Origin: Thermodesulfobacteriota bacterium
GTDB taxonomy: Bacteria; Desulfobacterota; Desulfobulbia; Desulfobulbales; SURF-16
Direction of reading: 5' to 3'
Assembly: GCA_039714595.1 (NCBI GenBank)
Contig: JBDLJA010000001.1
Coordinates: 20,459-84,458 of the forward strand
Length of the DNA stretch: 64,000 bases
In this document: one piece after another, positions 1 through 9,805 of the stretch
Layout: each line of letters starts with the position of its first letter
How positions within the stretch are numbered: the stretch's first letter is position 1
The notes under the pieces: generated by a model
What the model saw: only the letters and a program-made list of their open reading frames with translations
Database searches by the model: none
What the model was told of the DNA's origin: nothing
Position numbers and translations under genes: made by a program

Positions 1-693
1 ATAGCAGTTGCCGGGCAAAAGCTTATCACCGTCAGCTGCCGGCCGCACCCTAAAGGCCGAGTAACCATCCAGGTAATGGGCCAGGGCCTCCACATGGCCA
101 GCCGGCTCATGGAGCACCGCCACCACAGCCGCGGGCAGCTGCCGCGCCAGGCTGGGGATCACCTTCAACATCACCCCGCAGCCCCCCTCGGCCCCACCCA
201 TGACGATCACCTTCTCCAAGGGGCTGGCGCTGACGCTCTCCCCCCCCTGCTGGCGAACCGCCTTGATATAACGGATACGCCCCAACTCCACCCGGGCGGC
301 GGCCTTCACCTTGGCCACGATCTGTTCGGCCTGCTCCTCCAGGCTGGCAGCAGCCAGACCGGATGGCTTGGCAATATAATCCACCGCCCCGAAACGCAGG
401 GAGTCAAAAGCGGCCACTGAGCCATCCTGGGTCATGGCGCTGAGCATAACCACCGGCAGGGGGGTGGAGATCATGATATGCTTCAGGGCGGTGAGACCTC
501 CCATCACCGGCATATTGACATCCAGCAACACCAGATCAGGGGCCAATTGGCCAATCATCTCCAGGGCCTGGGCCCCGTTTTCCGCCGCGCCAACCACCCG
601 CAGGGAGGAATAGGGCTCCAGCATTGCGGTTACGGCCCGGCGCATCATGGCCGAGTCATCCACCAGCAGTATGTCTATACCATCTTGCGCCAT
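1..693 (-). CDS. CheB-like response regulator / methylesterase-domain protein, first 231 codons only (3' end lies beyond window start)
   Basis: My translation of the minus strand from ATG comp(691-693): MAQDGIDILLVDDSAMMRRAV...DLVLLDVNMPVMGG...GAVDYIAKP (receiver), then EKVIVMGGAEGGCGVMLKVIPSLARQLPAAVVAVLHEP (CheB catalytic fold, Ser box GASTGG reads GGAEGG). Absent from the ORF track because there is no stop inside the window. Confidence 0.75.
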   Translation of the reverse strand, partial: MAQDGIDILLVDDSAMMRRAVTAMLEPYSSLRVVGAAENGAQALEMIGQLAPDLVLLDVNMPVMGGLTALKHIMISTPLPVVMLSAMTQDGSVAAFDSLRFGAVDYIAKPSGLAAASLEEQAEQIVAKVKAAARVELGRIRYIKAVRQQGGESVSASPLEKVIVMGGAEGGCGVMLKVIPSLARQLPAAVVAVLHEPAGHVEALAHYLDGYSAFRVRPAADGDKLLPGNCY

Positions 694-697
694 ACCG

Positions 698-2566
698 CTA
701 TGGCAGAAGGTACTTTTCGACCTTGGCCAACAGGGCCGGGGCCTTAAACGGCTTGGTCAGATACTCATCCGTGGCTGACATCTTGCCCTTGAGCTTGTCG
801 AGCAGGGAGTCACGGGCCGTGAGCATAATCACCGGAATTTCTTGCAGGGCGGGATCTTTTTTCAGGGCGGACAGCACCTGATAGCCGTCCATAACAGGCA
901 TAATCAGGTCAAGGAGGATGAGATTGGGCGACTTCTCCTTACACACGGAAAGGGCGGTCATGCCATCGCTGGCCTCCAGCACGCCGTAACCGGCCCGCTC
1001 CAGCATGAGGCAGATCCCCTTACGGGTGGTGTTGCTGTCTTCCACCACCAGAACGGTATAAAAACTGGAGGCAGCGGCCCTACCGTCCAGGCCCTGCTTC
1101 TTTTCTTTGATCAGCCTCTGCAGTTCCTTGAACTGGCGGCGCAGATAAATATTTTGCGTGTCACATTTGACCGCCTCCTGCATGGTGGCCAGGGCCTCAT
1201 CCGGCCGCCCCATGTTCAGATGGACCAGGGCCAGGTTGAAACGGGGCCGGCACTTCTTGCTCTCCCCGGCAACCACCCCCTCATAGCGGGCCTGGGCCTG
1301 GACCATGAGCCCCTCGTTGGCGGAACCAGCCTGACCCAGCACCCCCTGGTAGACAAGCTGGCTGGCCTTACAGTTGGCGCAGACGCGGGTCTCCATGGTC
1401 ACCGGCGCCCAGCAGAAAGGACAATGCCACACCTCTCCGCCGTTAGGGCAGCCGGCCTGCAGGGCCAGGCTAATCTTTTTACCTTCGGCCCGCACCTCGC
1501 CATCGCCGGGCAGGATCCAGGCCGCGTTTTTCTGGGCCTTAATCACCACCGCCATATCATTGGCCACCCGACTGAACCAGAGCCAATATTGGCCATTTTT
1601 CGGATTACTCTTGAGCAGGGCGGTAAATAAGGCGCGAGCCTTTTCCTCCTCATTGGCCATGGCATGTTGTTTGGCGGCGGCAAAGCTCAAGTCAGCGGCA
1701 GAGGGAGCCCCTTGCGCTGCTTGGGCCACGGGCGATGGAGTTTTCTTGGCGGGCTGCTTCTTGGCTTGCGGCGGTTTGCTTGGCGGTGGTGGCTTAACTG
1801 AAGAGACGGGACTCTTCTGGGAGGATGCCGGGACGGTACTCTTCCGGGCTTGGGGCGAAGGGGGGGCGGAATCTTGCTCGGCTGTTTTTTTGGGGGGGGC
1901 AGGGGTCGTTGCCCGCAGGCTGCTTACGGAACGGTTTATGGCCCGTTCAACTCCCTCCGGCGCCAGATTGTGGAGGCTAAGGGAGACGTCGGGCCAGGCC
2001 AAGATTGCGGCCAAGGCATCCTCTCCTGCTTGCGAACCATGACTCGCCTGATACACCTGGCCATCAACCAGAAAAATTGTCCCCACCTTATCGCCGGAGG
2101 CCTGGACAACCAGCCGGCAGTGGATATCTTTCTCCGCCATGACCTGCAGGTCTTCAACCAGGCCAGAGCCGGCATAGGGCAAGCCCTCACCTGACTTGTA
2201 ATGAAGCAAAGACTTCTCCGCACTACCAAGGAGTTCACCCTCCTTGGCAGGCTCGGGAAGGTAGATATAGACATTAAGGCAGTCAGCCAGCAGCTCCTGG
2301 GCCTCACTGATATCGCGGGCGGTGGTGGCAATAACCGGAGTGGCGGGTTGATGCTGATTCATATAGGCGACAAGATCAGCAGCACGCATATTGGCCATAT
2401 CAAGATTGATCAACAGGGTGGCAATGGGGTTTGCCTTGATGATATCCAAGGCCTCTTCCCTGGTTGCGGCAAAGAGCACCTCAGCTGTGACCTTTTTAAC
2501 TGCCAACCCCACACTCAAAATTTGCTTGTATGGCTGGTGGTCATTGACCACTAGTACAATTGACAT
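698..2566 (-). CDS. Multidomain response regulator: receiver-like N-terminus, DUF4388/PATAN-like segment, Pro/Lys-rich linker, TPR-like repeats around a Cys4 zinc ribbon, C-terminal canonical receiver
   Basis: 622-aa ORF. Motifs: GTIFLVDGQVYQASHG (DUF4388-like), a PPPSKPPQAKKQPAKK linker, WHCPFCWAP...CANCKA, and C-terminal VLVVEDS...LDLIMPVMDG...LTKPF. Its stop lies 5 nt upstream of the cheB-like ATG (operon). Confidence 0.7.
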   Translation of the reverse strand: MSIVLVVNDHQPYKQILSVGLAVKKVTAEVLFAATREEALDIIKANPIATLLINLDMANMRAADLVAYMNQHQPATPVIATTARDISEAQELLADCLNVYIYLPEPAKEGELLGSAEKSLLHYKSGEGLPYAGSGLVEDLQVMAEKDIHCRLVVQASGDKVGTIFLVDGQVYQASHGSQAGEDALAAILAWPDVSLSLHNLAPEGVERAINRSVSSLRATTPAPPKKTAEQDSAPPSPQARKSTVPASSQKSPVSSVKPPPPSKPPQAKKQPAKKTPSPVAQAAQGAPSAADLSFAAAKQHAMANEEEKARALFTALLKSNPKNGQYWLWFSRVANDMAVVIKAQKNAAWILPGDGEVRAEGKKISLALQAGCPNGGEVWHCPFCWAPVTMETRVCANCKASQLVYQGVLGQAGSANEGLMVQAQARYEGVVAGESKKCRPRFNLALVHLNMGRPDEALATMQEAVKCDTQNIYLRRQFKELQRLIKEKKQGLDGRAAASSFYTVLVVEDSNTTRKGICLMLERAGYGVLEASDGMTALSVCKEKSPNLILLDLIMPVMDGYQVLSALKKDPALQEIPVIMLTARDSLLDKLKGKMSATDEYLTKPFKAPALLAKVEKYLLP

Positions 2567-3256
2567 GAAAGCCTACCCTCTCTCTCTCGTAATGTTATCA
2601 GACCTCGACTCCTGTGGCGTGTTGTGGGAACAAACAGGAAACGACAAAGACTAAAAGCAACACAGATCAGAAATACCCCCAATGATGACGAATGAAAATA
2701 TCAGCAATCCCGCAATAAACTGATTTTTATGTCTTAATGCCCATGGGCAAATCCCAAGATTATTTTGCCGGATGAAGAAACTTTTACCCTCCACCCCTTT
2801 CGCCCAAAAGGTTTTATAAAATAATTTGACCTAATATATCCACTAAGAAATATACAACTTACTGAAATCTGGAGCAATTAGATTCTTCTGAGCCAGGCGG
2901 CAATGATAATCACTACGAGGAAAGGCCGGTAATAAGGCCCTTGTTGCCCATCCCGCTCCCGCCACCTGACGAGCAACGGGTGTTAAAGGCAGATCAGCTA
3001 TAACAATTTGTTTTTACATTGATTTTTTCACAGTAATGAAAAAAATAATCCGGCAAAGGGCCTTTATTCAATAAGGCTTCCAGCCCGGCTCACCATTTTT
3101 AGGAGCAGTCAGGCCATCGCCAAATTTCTCCTAAAAAAAATACCCCTGCCACGCCCCACCCCCCAGCTCCTATCTGGCAAATGCACCATATAAGCCTATT
3201 AGCCAACCAGCAGAACACGCCTCTCCTGCCCTGTGCTTGCAGGCAGTGAGAGGTTG

Positions 3257-3294
3257 CCTCTGCGGCAGCAATCTTCTGACTTCTGCCGCAGAGG
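3257..3294. repeat. 12-bp perfect inverted repeat (CCTCTGCGGCAG / CTGCCGCAGAGG) with a 14-nt loop in an ORF-free spacer
   Basis: Read directly: arms at 3257-3268 and 3283-3294. A second nested hairpin (CTCTC..CTGC / GCAG..GAGAG) sits just upstream at about 3221-3253. No flanking U-run on either strand. Confidence 0.6.
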
Positions 3295-3489
3295 GAACCG
3301 CTGACCAACGGGACACCTTCTCTATATAGCTATGTGAATGACTTATACGTGGGGAAAAATTCAAGAAATTATTTGCTGATGGAAGATGCTCTTTTTGCTA
3401 AACGGCCGGGTTTGATCTAACTGTTTACCCCGTTTAAGATAGCGGCCTTGTTCTGTGGGCCATTCACTCCCAGCACGAGCCATGACTGG

Positions 3490-4668
3490 CTAAAATTCGC
3501 CGATACGAACCGCGATGCAGGTAAAATCATCCGCGAAATCTGCCAGACCGCTGAAAGCGGTCACCTCGGCCCTGATGGTGGCGAGGAGATCAGGAAGATC
3601 TAAATGATGGCGTTTTTCCACCAGTTCCAGCAACCTCTCCTCGCCAAAGATCTCACCGTCACCACCGGCTGCCTCGGTGACGCCATCGGTATAAAACAAC
3701 AAGGTATCACCGGGACTCAAGGTTGCCTCGACGATTCGATACTCCTGTTCACTGGCCATTCCGAGAGCAAGATCATTGCCCTTGAGCAGGACTCCGCTGC
3801 CCTTCTCTCCCTGGAAATGAATCACCGGCATATGACCGCAATCCACCAGGCCAAGCCGTCCGCCGACCAGATCCAAGCGGGCGTAGCTTAGGGTGACAAA
3901 CATCTCCAGATCCTGCAGGTTGTCAATACAGTCACCATGGACAGATGCCATTACCTCTGAAGTTGCGGCCAGATCAAAGGCGTTGCCGCCCCCCTCACTT
4001 ACCCCTACCTGTTGCCGCCTGGCCCCGCACTCGGCCAGTGATTTCGCAAATTTTTGCCGCAACCCGGCCGCAACTAAGGCGGACATGACACCCTTGCCCA
4101 TCACATCACCCACGAGGATATCCACCTGCCCGTCAGCAAAGACAAAATAATCCGCGAAATCACCATTTAACTGGCCGGCCGGCAACATGGAGGCGGCCAG
4201 TTGGGCCCCTTCCAGGTGGAGGGGCGGCGGCACCTGCAACATCTGGCGCTGAATTTCAGCCATCATCGCCTGGCGCTCGCTCACCAGCAGATGATAGTCC
4301 ACCACCTCCAGCAGGATGCGCCGAAATGGCTCAGGATCGATGGGCTTGGCAAAGAAACGATACACCTCACCCTTATTGATCGCCTCTATGGCCTCCAGCA
4401 CATCCTGGGTCGCGGAGAGAATCAGGCGCAACACCTGCGGGTAGCGCTCCTTAACCCAGGCCAACAGAGCCATGCCATCCATTTCCGGCATGCGCAGATC
4501 AGTGACGATGATATCAATGGCCTCTTTGCCAAACAGGGCCAGGGCCTCCTGACCACCTTGGGCAAAGAGGATTCGGTATGGCTCTTTGCGTAAAAAGCGC
4601 TGCAGGGAACTGAGCTGCTCAGGTTCATCATCAACAAAGAGAATGGTGACATCACGAACGGATTTCAT
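3490..4668 (-). CDS. Response regulator with PP2C/SpoIIE-type serine phosphatase output (RsbU-like)
   Basis: 392-aa ORF. Receiver motifs ILFVDDE...VTDLRMPEMDG...FAKP, then PP2C motifs GDFADYF, GDVMGKG, LLFYTDGVTEA, DDFTCIAV. Confidence 0.85.
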   Translation of the reverse strand: MKSVRDVTILFVDDEPEQLSSLQRFLRKEPYRILFAQGGQEALALFGKEAIDIIVTDLRMPEMDGMALLAWVKERYPQVLRLILSATQDVLEAIEAINKGEVYRFFAKPIDPEPFRRILLEVVDYHLLVSERQAMMAEIQRQMLQVPPPLHLEGAQLAASMLPAGQLNGDFADYFVFADGQVDILVGDVMGKGVMSALVAAGLRQKFAKSLAECGARRQQVGVSEGGGNAFDLAATSEVMASVHGDCIDNLQDLEMFVTLSYARLDLVGGRLGLVDCGHMPVIHFQGEKGSGVLLKGNDLALGMASEQEYRIVEATLSPGDTLLFYTDGVTEAAGGDGEIFGEERLLELVEKRHHLDLPDLLATIRAEVTAFSGLADFADDFTCIAVRIGEF

Positions 4669-4752
4669 CTTCTTCCTCGGCCCTTGGCAGCTCTTTTCCC
4701 AGCAGAGCGATTATTACCTGCCACCCGGTCAGTTCTCCCTGTCCAGAGAGGT

Positions 4753-6066
4753 TCAGTCATCTACTGGAATCTCCTGGCCAACCTCAGCCTTGCCAAGATC
4801 CTTGGGAATTCGCAGGGTGAACACCGTGCCACCAGCCTTGGGGCAATGGGCCGTGAGCTGACCATCATGCTTATGAACTATAATATCGTAGGAGATGCTC
4901 AACCCCAGGCCAGTCCCCTTTCCCGGCTCCTTGGTGGAGAAAAAAGGTTCAAAGATCCTATCCAGGTGATCAGGCTCTATACCGGAACCGTTGTCGCTGA
5001 TCTCACAACAGACAAATTGGGCCTCTTCCCAGGTCCTGATCACTATCAGCCCGCCCTTCTTACCGGTCTCCGGACTGATGGATTGAGCGGCGTTGACGAT
5101 TAGGTTCAAAAATACCTGATTCAACTGATCCGGCAGACAGGGAATCTGCGGCAACTTGGCCAGTTGTTTTTCTATCACCGCGTGATGCTTATATGTATTT
5201 CTGGCGATGACTAAGGTGTCTTCAATACCTTTATTAATATTAAAGAGGCGGTAATCACCGCTGTGACTAACCTGACCAAAATTACGCATACTCTCGATAA
5301 TACTGACCACCCGCTTTAAACCTGTACGTGATTCCGTGAAGATGACCGGAATGTCTTCGAGAAGAAAATCGATCTCGAGAAATTCCTCCTGGGCCGTTAT
5401 GGCCTGGCGCACGGGCCCTGGCAATTTAGCCATGGCAGCCCGATAGGCCTGAACCATCTCCTGTAAATCTTGGAAGTTATTAGCCAGGGTTGAAAAATTG
5501 GTAAAGACGAAATTTATGGGATTGTGCAACTCATGGGCCAGCCCCTCGGCCAACTGGCCAATGGAGGCCATCTTCTCCTGCATCACAAGCTGTGACTGGA
5601 GAGAGCGCAACTCACTGGTCCTGGCAAACACCTTTTGCTCCAGGCCTTCGTTGGCCTCCTGCAATTTCTGGTAACTGGCCCGCAACTCTTCCTTTATCGC
5701 CAGGCGTTGACTCACGGCGTTTACCCGGGCCAGCACCTCCTCCACCAGGAAGGGCTTGGTGATATAATCTTCCCCGCCCACCTTGAAACCGCGCAGCTTC
5801 TCATCCTTCTCGGTTAGGGCGGTGATGAACAGCACCGGGATATGGCGGCTCTTCTTCTCCGCCTTGAGACGCCGGCACACCTCAAAGCCATCCATGGTGG
5901 GCATCATGACATCCAGCAGGATAATATCAGGGGAGTGGCCCGCCACATAGCTCAAGGCCTGCCTGCCATCTTCCGCCAAGGCAACCTCATAACCATTTTT
6001 GCTGAGCAGGTTACTTAGGATCTGCAGGTTAATGAAGGTATCGTCTACGATAAGGATTTCATGCAT
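4753..6066 (-). CDS. Hybrid receiver-histidine kinase (N-terminal REC, HisKA, HATPase_c)
   Basis: 437-aa ORF. ILIVDD...LLDVMMPTMDG...ITKPF, H-box LAHELHNPINF, N/G boxes NLIVNAAQS and GTGLGLSISYDI. Confidence 0.85.
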   Translation of the reverse strand: MHEILIVDDTFINLQILSNLLSKNGYEVALAEDGRQALSYVAGHSPDIILLDVMMPTMDGFEVCRRLKAEKKSRHIPVLFITALTEKDEKLRGFKVGGEDYITKPFLVEEVLARVNAVSQRLAIKEELRASYQKLQEANEGLEQKVFARTSELRSLQSQLVMQEKMASIGQLAEGLAHELHNPINFVFTNFSTLANNFQDLQEMVQAYRAAMAKLPGPVRQAITAQEEFLEIDFLLEDIPVIFTESRTGLKRVVSIIESMRNFGQVSHSGDYRLFNINKGIEDTLVIARNTYKHHAVIEKQLAKLPQIPCLPDQLNQVFLNLIVNAAQSISPETGKKGGLIVIRTWEEAQFVCCEISDNGSGIEPDHLDRIFEPFFSTKEPGKGTGLGLSISYDIIVHKHDGQLTAHCPKAGGTVFTLRIPKDLGKAEVGQEIPVDD

Positions 6067-6286
6067 CGTGATTAATACCCTTCCTCTCTCCTGGCCGTTA
6101 CCTGGCTGAATCTCTAATTAAAGGTAAACAGCGGGAGATGATTGCAGTGGTGGCTAGCGCCAAAACAACATTTCAAGACCATCGGTTTTGTTTGATATCA
6201 ACAATTTACAACCAAGCTACCTGGCAGACTATGCCACTGGCAAAAAAATGAGTCAGCCAAGCAAAGAGACAGTGCCAACAGCTAAG

Positions 6287-7444
6287 CTATGGGCTGGACC
6301 AGTCAGGATTACGCCGCACCTGAAACTCTTCATTAAGGACAAAGGCCTCTGACTGGAGAAAATGAAGGTCCTCCATCCTTTTTACCGGCGCGAACCTGCT
6401 GCGCGGCACCTCCAGCAGGGCAGGCCGGGCAAAACATTGCAGGGCCGCACCCATGGCCGTCTCTATCTGGATCACCTCTGTGTCGCAGATCCTCTTGCGA
6501 TTCTGGATAACAGGCAGGCGCAACTCATTATTAACCAGCAGGGTGTCCAGGGCGCGGAGATCCACCCAGAGGTTGTTGGTATTGAAATAGCTGAACCGGT
6601 CGATATCCTGAAACTCACCCAGGTAAGAGTCGGGCACCTGAGCTATCTCCAGCATGGTAAGATTATCCCGGTAAATTACCGGAGAGCCGCCCTTTAGATC
6701 GGCATCCGTCTTTCTGGTTACCTCCATGACAAAGTCATGATTGCCGGCCACCATATTGCCTAAGATCAGGGGGGACACCTCGGCCGAAAGGTTATCAATG
6801 TTTGAGATAAAGACATAGCGAAAACCAAGCTCCAAAAGATCAGCGAGAAGTCCTGAACCATAGAGGCTGGCGAAAAAATCACCATGGCCGCCAGGACACC
6901 AGTCCTCCTCGCTGCCGGTCTCCAAGGGGTGGAGATTATCCACCCGGGTCCGGGGATATTCATTCTGGATAAAGTCCATTATGATAAGGGGAGTGCGGCC
7001 AACAATCTCCGAGCTCTTCTGGCCGGTGAAGAAGCTGTTCATCAAGATAAGGGGCATCTCGATACCCAGACTATCGTTCACCGACATCACCTGGCCCAGG
7101 ACAATTTCCAGGAAGCTCTTGCCGTCCTTGGCCGGGAGGGTACACTTGGGCACCTTGCCGCCCATGGTGGTCGATCTGCCGCCATTTAATTTGACAATGG
7201 CGCATCTGGCCATATTTTCCAGGCCAACCCGCAACAACCGTCTCTCCGCCTCACTGCCCACGGCTGGCAGTTGCCCGACATCGTCAGCCGCAGCCGGCTG
7301 CACATCCTGCCAGGCCAACTGCTCATCACTATTTTCAAGATTTCGCCACGCCTCAAGGAAAAACTTTATATCACGCCCCCCCACCCCGCGCTGGGCCATC
7401 CGGAGCCGAATCAGCTCTTCGATATCTTTCTTCTCAATACTCAT
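6287..7444 (-). CDS. UDP-sugar pyrophosphorylase of the UDPGP (eukaryotic-type UGPase) family
   Basis: 385-aa ORF with VKLNGGRSTTMGG and GHGDFF motifs typical of UTP--hexose-1-phosphate uridylyltransferases. Overlaps the upstream GT gene by 11 nt. Confidence 0.65.
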   Translation of the reverse strand: MSIEKKDIEELIRLRMAQRGVGGRDIKFFLEAWRNLENSDEQLAWQDVQPAAADDVGQLPAVGSEAERRLLRVGLENMARCAIVKLNGGRSTTMGGKVPKCTLPAKDGKSFLEIVLGQVMSVNDSLGIEMPLILMNSFFTGQKSSEIVGRTPLIIMDFIQNEYPRTRVDNLHPLETGSEEDWCPGGHGDFFASLYGSGLLADLLELGFRYVFISNIDNLSAEVSPLILGNMVAGNHDFVMEVTRKTDADLKGGSPVIYRDNLTMLEIAQVPDSYLGEFQDIDRFSYFNTNNLWVDLRALDTLLVNNELRLPVIQNRKRICDTEVIQIETAMGAALQCFARPALLEVPRSRFAPVKRMEDLHFLQSEAFVLNEEFQVRRNPDWSSP

Positions 7445-8564
7445 TCATGCCCTCTCCGGCGAAAGGAATCTGGCCCTGCCTGACCAAACCATGGGAAGAC
7501 ACCCTGTCGCGGCTTAAAATCATCCGGTACCTGTTCTCCAGGTCAGCAATGATCCTTTGCCAGTCCAGGGGCAGGACCTTAAGACGGGTCCGCACCGGCT
7601 GGGCCCACGCCATGGACTTCACCGCCGCCACTATCTCAGCTGTTGTGTCACGATAGAGCAAGCCCCCACCTTCCATAAAAAGCCGGGGCAGAGCGCCAAA
7701 ATGCGTCGAAACAACTGGTAAATTACAGGCCATGGCCTCAAGGATTGACAGCGGCATGTCAATTGCCTCGCCCCGGCCATTATTTTTCCGACCACCATCA
7801 ATGTCGCCAGACTCCTCCACCGGAAAGACAAAAAGGTCTGCCGCCTTGTACAGCTCGGAGATATCCTCCAGGTATTCCTCAATAATTATTACCCCAGCCG
7901 CGCTCAACTGGTCATGGAGCTCTTTATCCATCGGTTCATCCGAACTGCCCACCAGCACAACCTGCGCCTGGGGGTCACGTTGAATCTCAGCAAAGATATC
8001 AATTTTTCGACTTGAACTCAGATGGCCCACATAGAGGATCATCTTTTTATCCCGTGGTATGTTATAGCGCCAGCGAAGTTCCTCTTTCTTCTCCTGGTCC
8101 ACCGCCATAAACCGGTGGCAGTCAACGCCATTTGGCAACAGGGCGATATCGCAACCATGATCCCGGAAGAAGCGCTCAAAATGGTGTGACTGGGTTAAAA
8201 CAAGGTCTGGCCGGAGGAGAAAGACAAACTTGCGGGCCCAGCGCCCCAGAGATGGGCGTAAGGCAGAGACCACAGATTTGCTACCTCTTCCGGCCAGGAG
8301 GCTGAGAAACTTGAGCATAATCAGCCCGGGCAATGAGGCGCCATGGAGATAATGAATTACCTGGGGCCGAAAACTAAGGAAACGGCGCAGTACTGAAGGG
8401 CGAAGAAGAATACTGCCGGTGAGGACCTGAACCTCCTGATTAGCGGCCAGGTGCTCGCAGGTTATGCGGCTAACATTCTTCAGCCCCCCATCTGGGGCCC
8501 CGGAAAACTCACCAATTAGACAAATTCGCATATTGTTAGCCATAAACAGTACCCCCGGAGCCAT
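7434..8564 (-). CDS. Glycosyltransferase, GT1/GT4 (GT-B) family
   Basis: 376-aa ORF. C-terminal EAIDMPLSILEAMACNLPVVST matches the E-x7-E/EAMA signature of group-1 glycosyltransferases. Start is uncertain (three ATGs within the first 12 codons). Confidence 0.7.
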   Translation of the reverse strand: MAPGVLFMANNMRICLIGEFSGAPDGGLKNVSRITCEHLAANQEVQVLTGSILLRPSVLRRFLSFRPQVIHYLHGASLPGLIMLKFLSLLAGRGSKSVVSALRPSLGRWARKFVFLLRPDLVLTQSHHFERFFRDHGCDIALLPNGVDCHRFMAVDQEKKEELRWRYNIPRDKKMILYVGHLSSSRKIDIFAEIQRDPQAQVVLVGSSDEPMDKELHDQLSAAGVIIIEEYLEDISELYKAADLFVFPVEESGDIDGGRKNNGRGEAIDMPLSILEAMACNLPVVSTHFGALPRLFMEGGGLLYRDTTAEIVAAVKSMAWAQPVRTRLKVLPLDWQRIIADLENRYRMILSRDRVSSHGLVRQGQIPFAGEGMNEY

Positions 8565-8649
8565 GACGCCCAGAAAAATTTAAATTACTTGCAAAACCCT
8601 CTAAACAGCCGCCAAATCGTGCCTTAAACAGGTCAAAACTTACCACCAC

Positions 8650-9090
8650 TTACTGTCCGCAAAAACTTAACTTCTTACTTAGACTCACCACGTTCCAGCC
8701 CTGCTGCCGCTCATATGAGACATGATCCATAACTTGCTGAATCAGGAAAAGCCCATAACCGCCATCACCATGACTACTGAAATCAGGGGCTGGAACTGCC
8801 GCAAGGTTAAAGGAGTTGTTTTGATCCTTGATGGTGACTCCCAAACCGCAACCTTGGAATTCAAACTCTATCTTGACCCGAAGATCTGGCGGGGCACCAT
8901 CATCTTGATGCTGAACCGCATTGGTGAACGCCTCACTTAGGGCCAGCTCAAAGGCGTGGCTGTAGGCCTGGCCAGTCACCCGGTTCACCTGTCTGGGGAT
9001 GACACAGCTGGCCGCCTGGCCTGCCATCTGCGCGGCCAGAGCCAGGTAGGTGAGATTGGCCGGCAGTTCCAGAGAGAGGCGCTGGTTCAC
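8650..9090 (-). CDS. Anti-sigma-factor-type serine kinase (RsbW/SpoIIAB-like HATPase)
   Basis: 146-aa ORF. ALSEAFTNAVQH N-box-like motif and a GGYGLFLIQQVMD G-box. ATGA overlap with the upstream STAS gene. Confidence 0.75.
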   Translation of the reverse strand: MNQRLSLELPANLTYLALAAQMAGQAASCVIPRQVNRVTGQAYSHAFELALSEAFTNAVQHQDDGAPPDLRVKIEFEFQGCGLGVTIKDQNNSFNLAAVPAPDFSSHGDGGYGLFLIQQVMDHVSYERQQGWNVVSLSKKLSFCGQ

Positions 9091-9434
9091 TCCCCCCTCT
9101 CCCTGATGAAACTATCCAGGGCGCTCTGCCGTTGGGCAAAGATCTCAAAGAGACGGTTGGCCGAAGTCAGATCAAATACCCGCTGCACGTTATCATTGGG
9201 GCAGGCGATCTTCAGATCCCGCCCCCCCTTCCGCAACCGGCGCACCGCCGCAATCAACGCGCCTAGACCAGAGCTGTCCATAAAATCCACCGCTGAAAAG
9301 TCCACCACCCCCCCCCTCTCGACACAGTCAGCGGCCATCAGTTGTTGCCGCAGGGCAGGGGCAGTGTTGGCGTCCAACCGGCCGTAGGGGGTAAAGATAC
9401 AGACATCCTGGACGACACATTGGGAAAAACGCAT
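9087..9434 (-). CDS. STAS-domain anti-anti-sigma factor (RsbV/SpoIIAA-like)
   Basis: 115-aa ORF. FMDSSGLGALIAAVRRLRKGGRDLKIACPNDNVQRVFDLT is a typical STAS segment with the phosphorylatable Ser in DSSG. Confidence 0.8.
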   Translation of the reverse strand: MRFSQCVVQDVCIFTPYGRLDANTAPALRQQLMAADCVERGGVVDFSAVDFMDSSGLGALIAAVRRLRKGGRDLKIACPNDNVQRVFDLTSANRLFEIFAQRQSALDSFIRERGE

Positions 9435-9805
9435 CAGCGCACCTCATAAATATCTAAATGACAAAAAGGGCAAAGGCCATGGCACCCGGGCCTTAACGCC
9501 CTTAAATTGGCAAGCCGGTTTGCATATTGCAACAGTCTAACCGGCAGGATCGTTTCACAAATCGAGTGGCAGGGATGAAATTATTCTAGCACAAAAAGGC
9601 AGTCAAAAAAAAAGGGATTTCCTTAGATTTTTTTGGCCCGCCTCTCTTGGCAGACAAAAGATCTTTGCCAATTACTGCTGAGGAAATATAATCTAGAGTG
9701 ATCCCCCTTGGTCTGGTAAGTTGACCAAATAACAATGAAAATTAACCGCCCAGCCGCGCAACCCAGCCAAGTGCTGGGCGGCAAATCCCCTCAGGATAAA
9801 AAACG

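Noticed and set aside
9508-9524. Sigma-54-like sequence TGGCAAGCCGGTTTGCA in the rsbV/mscS divergent spacer.
   Set aside because: GG-to-GC spacing is 11 nt instead of the required 10. It also lies about 280 nt from the nearest plus-strand start codon.
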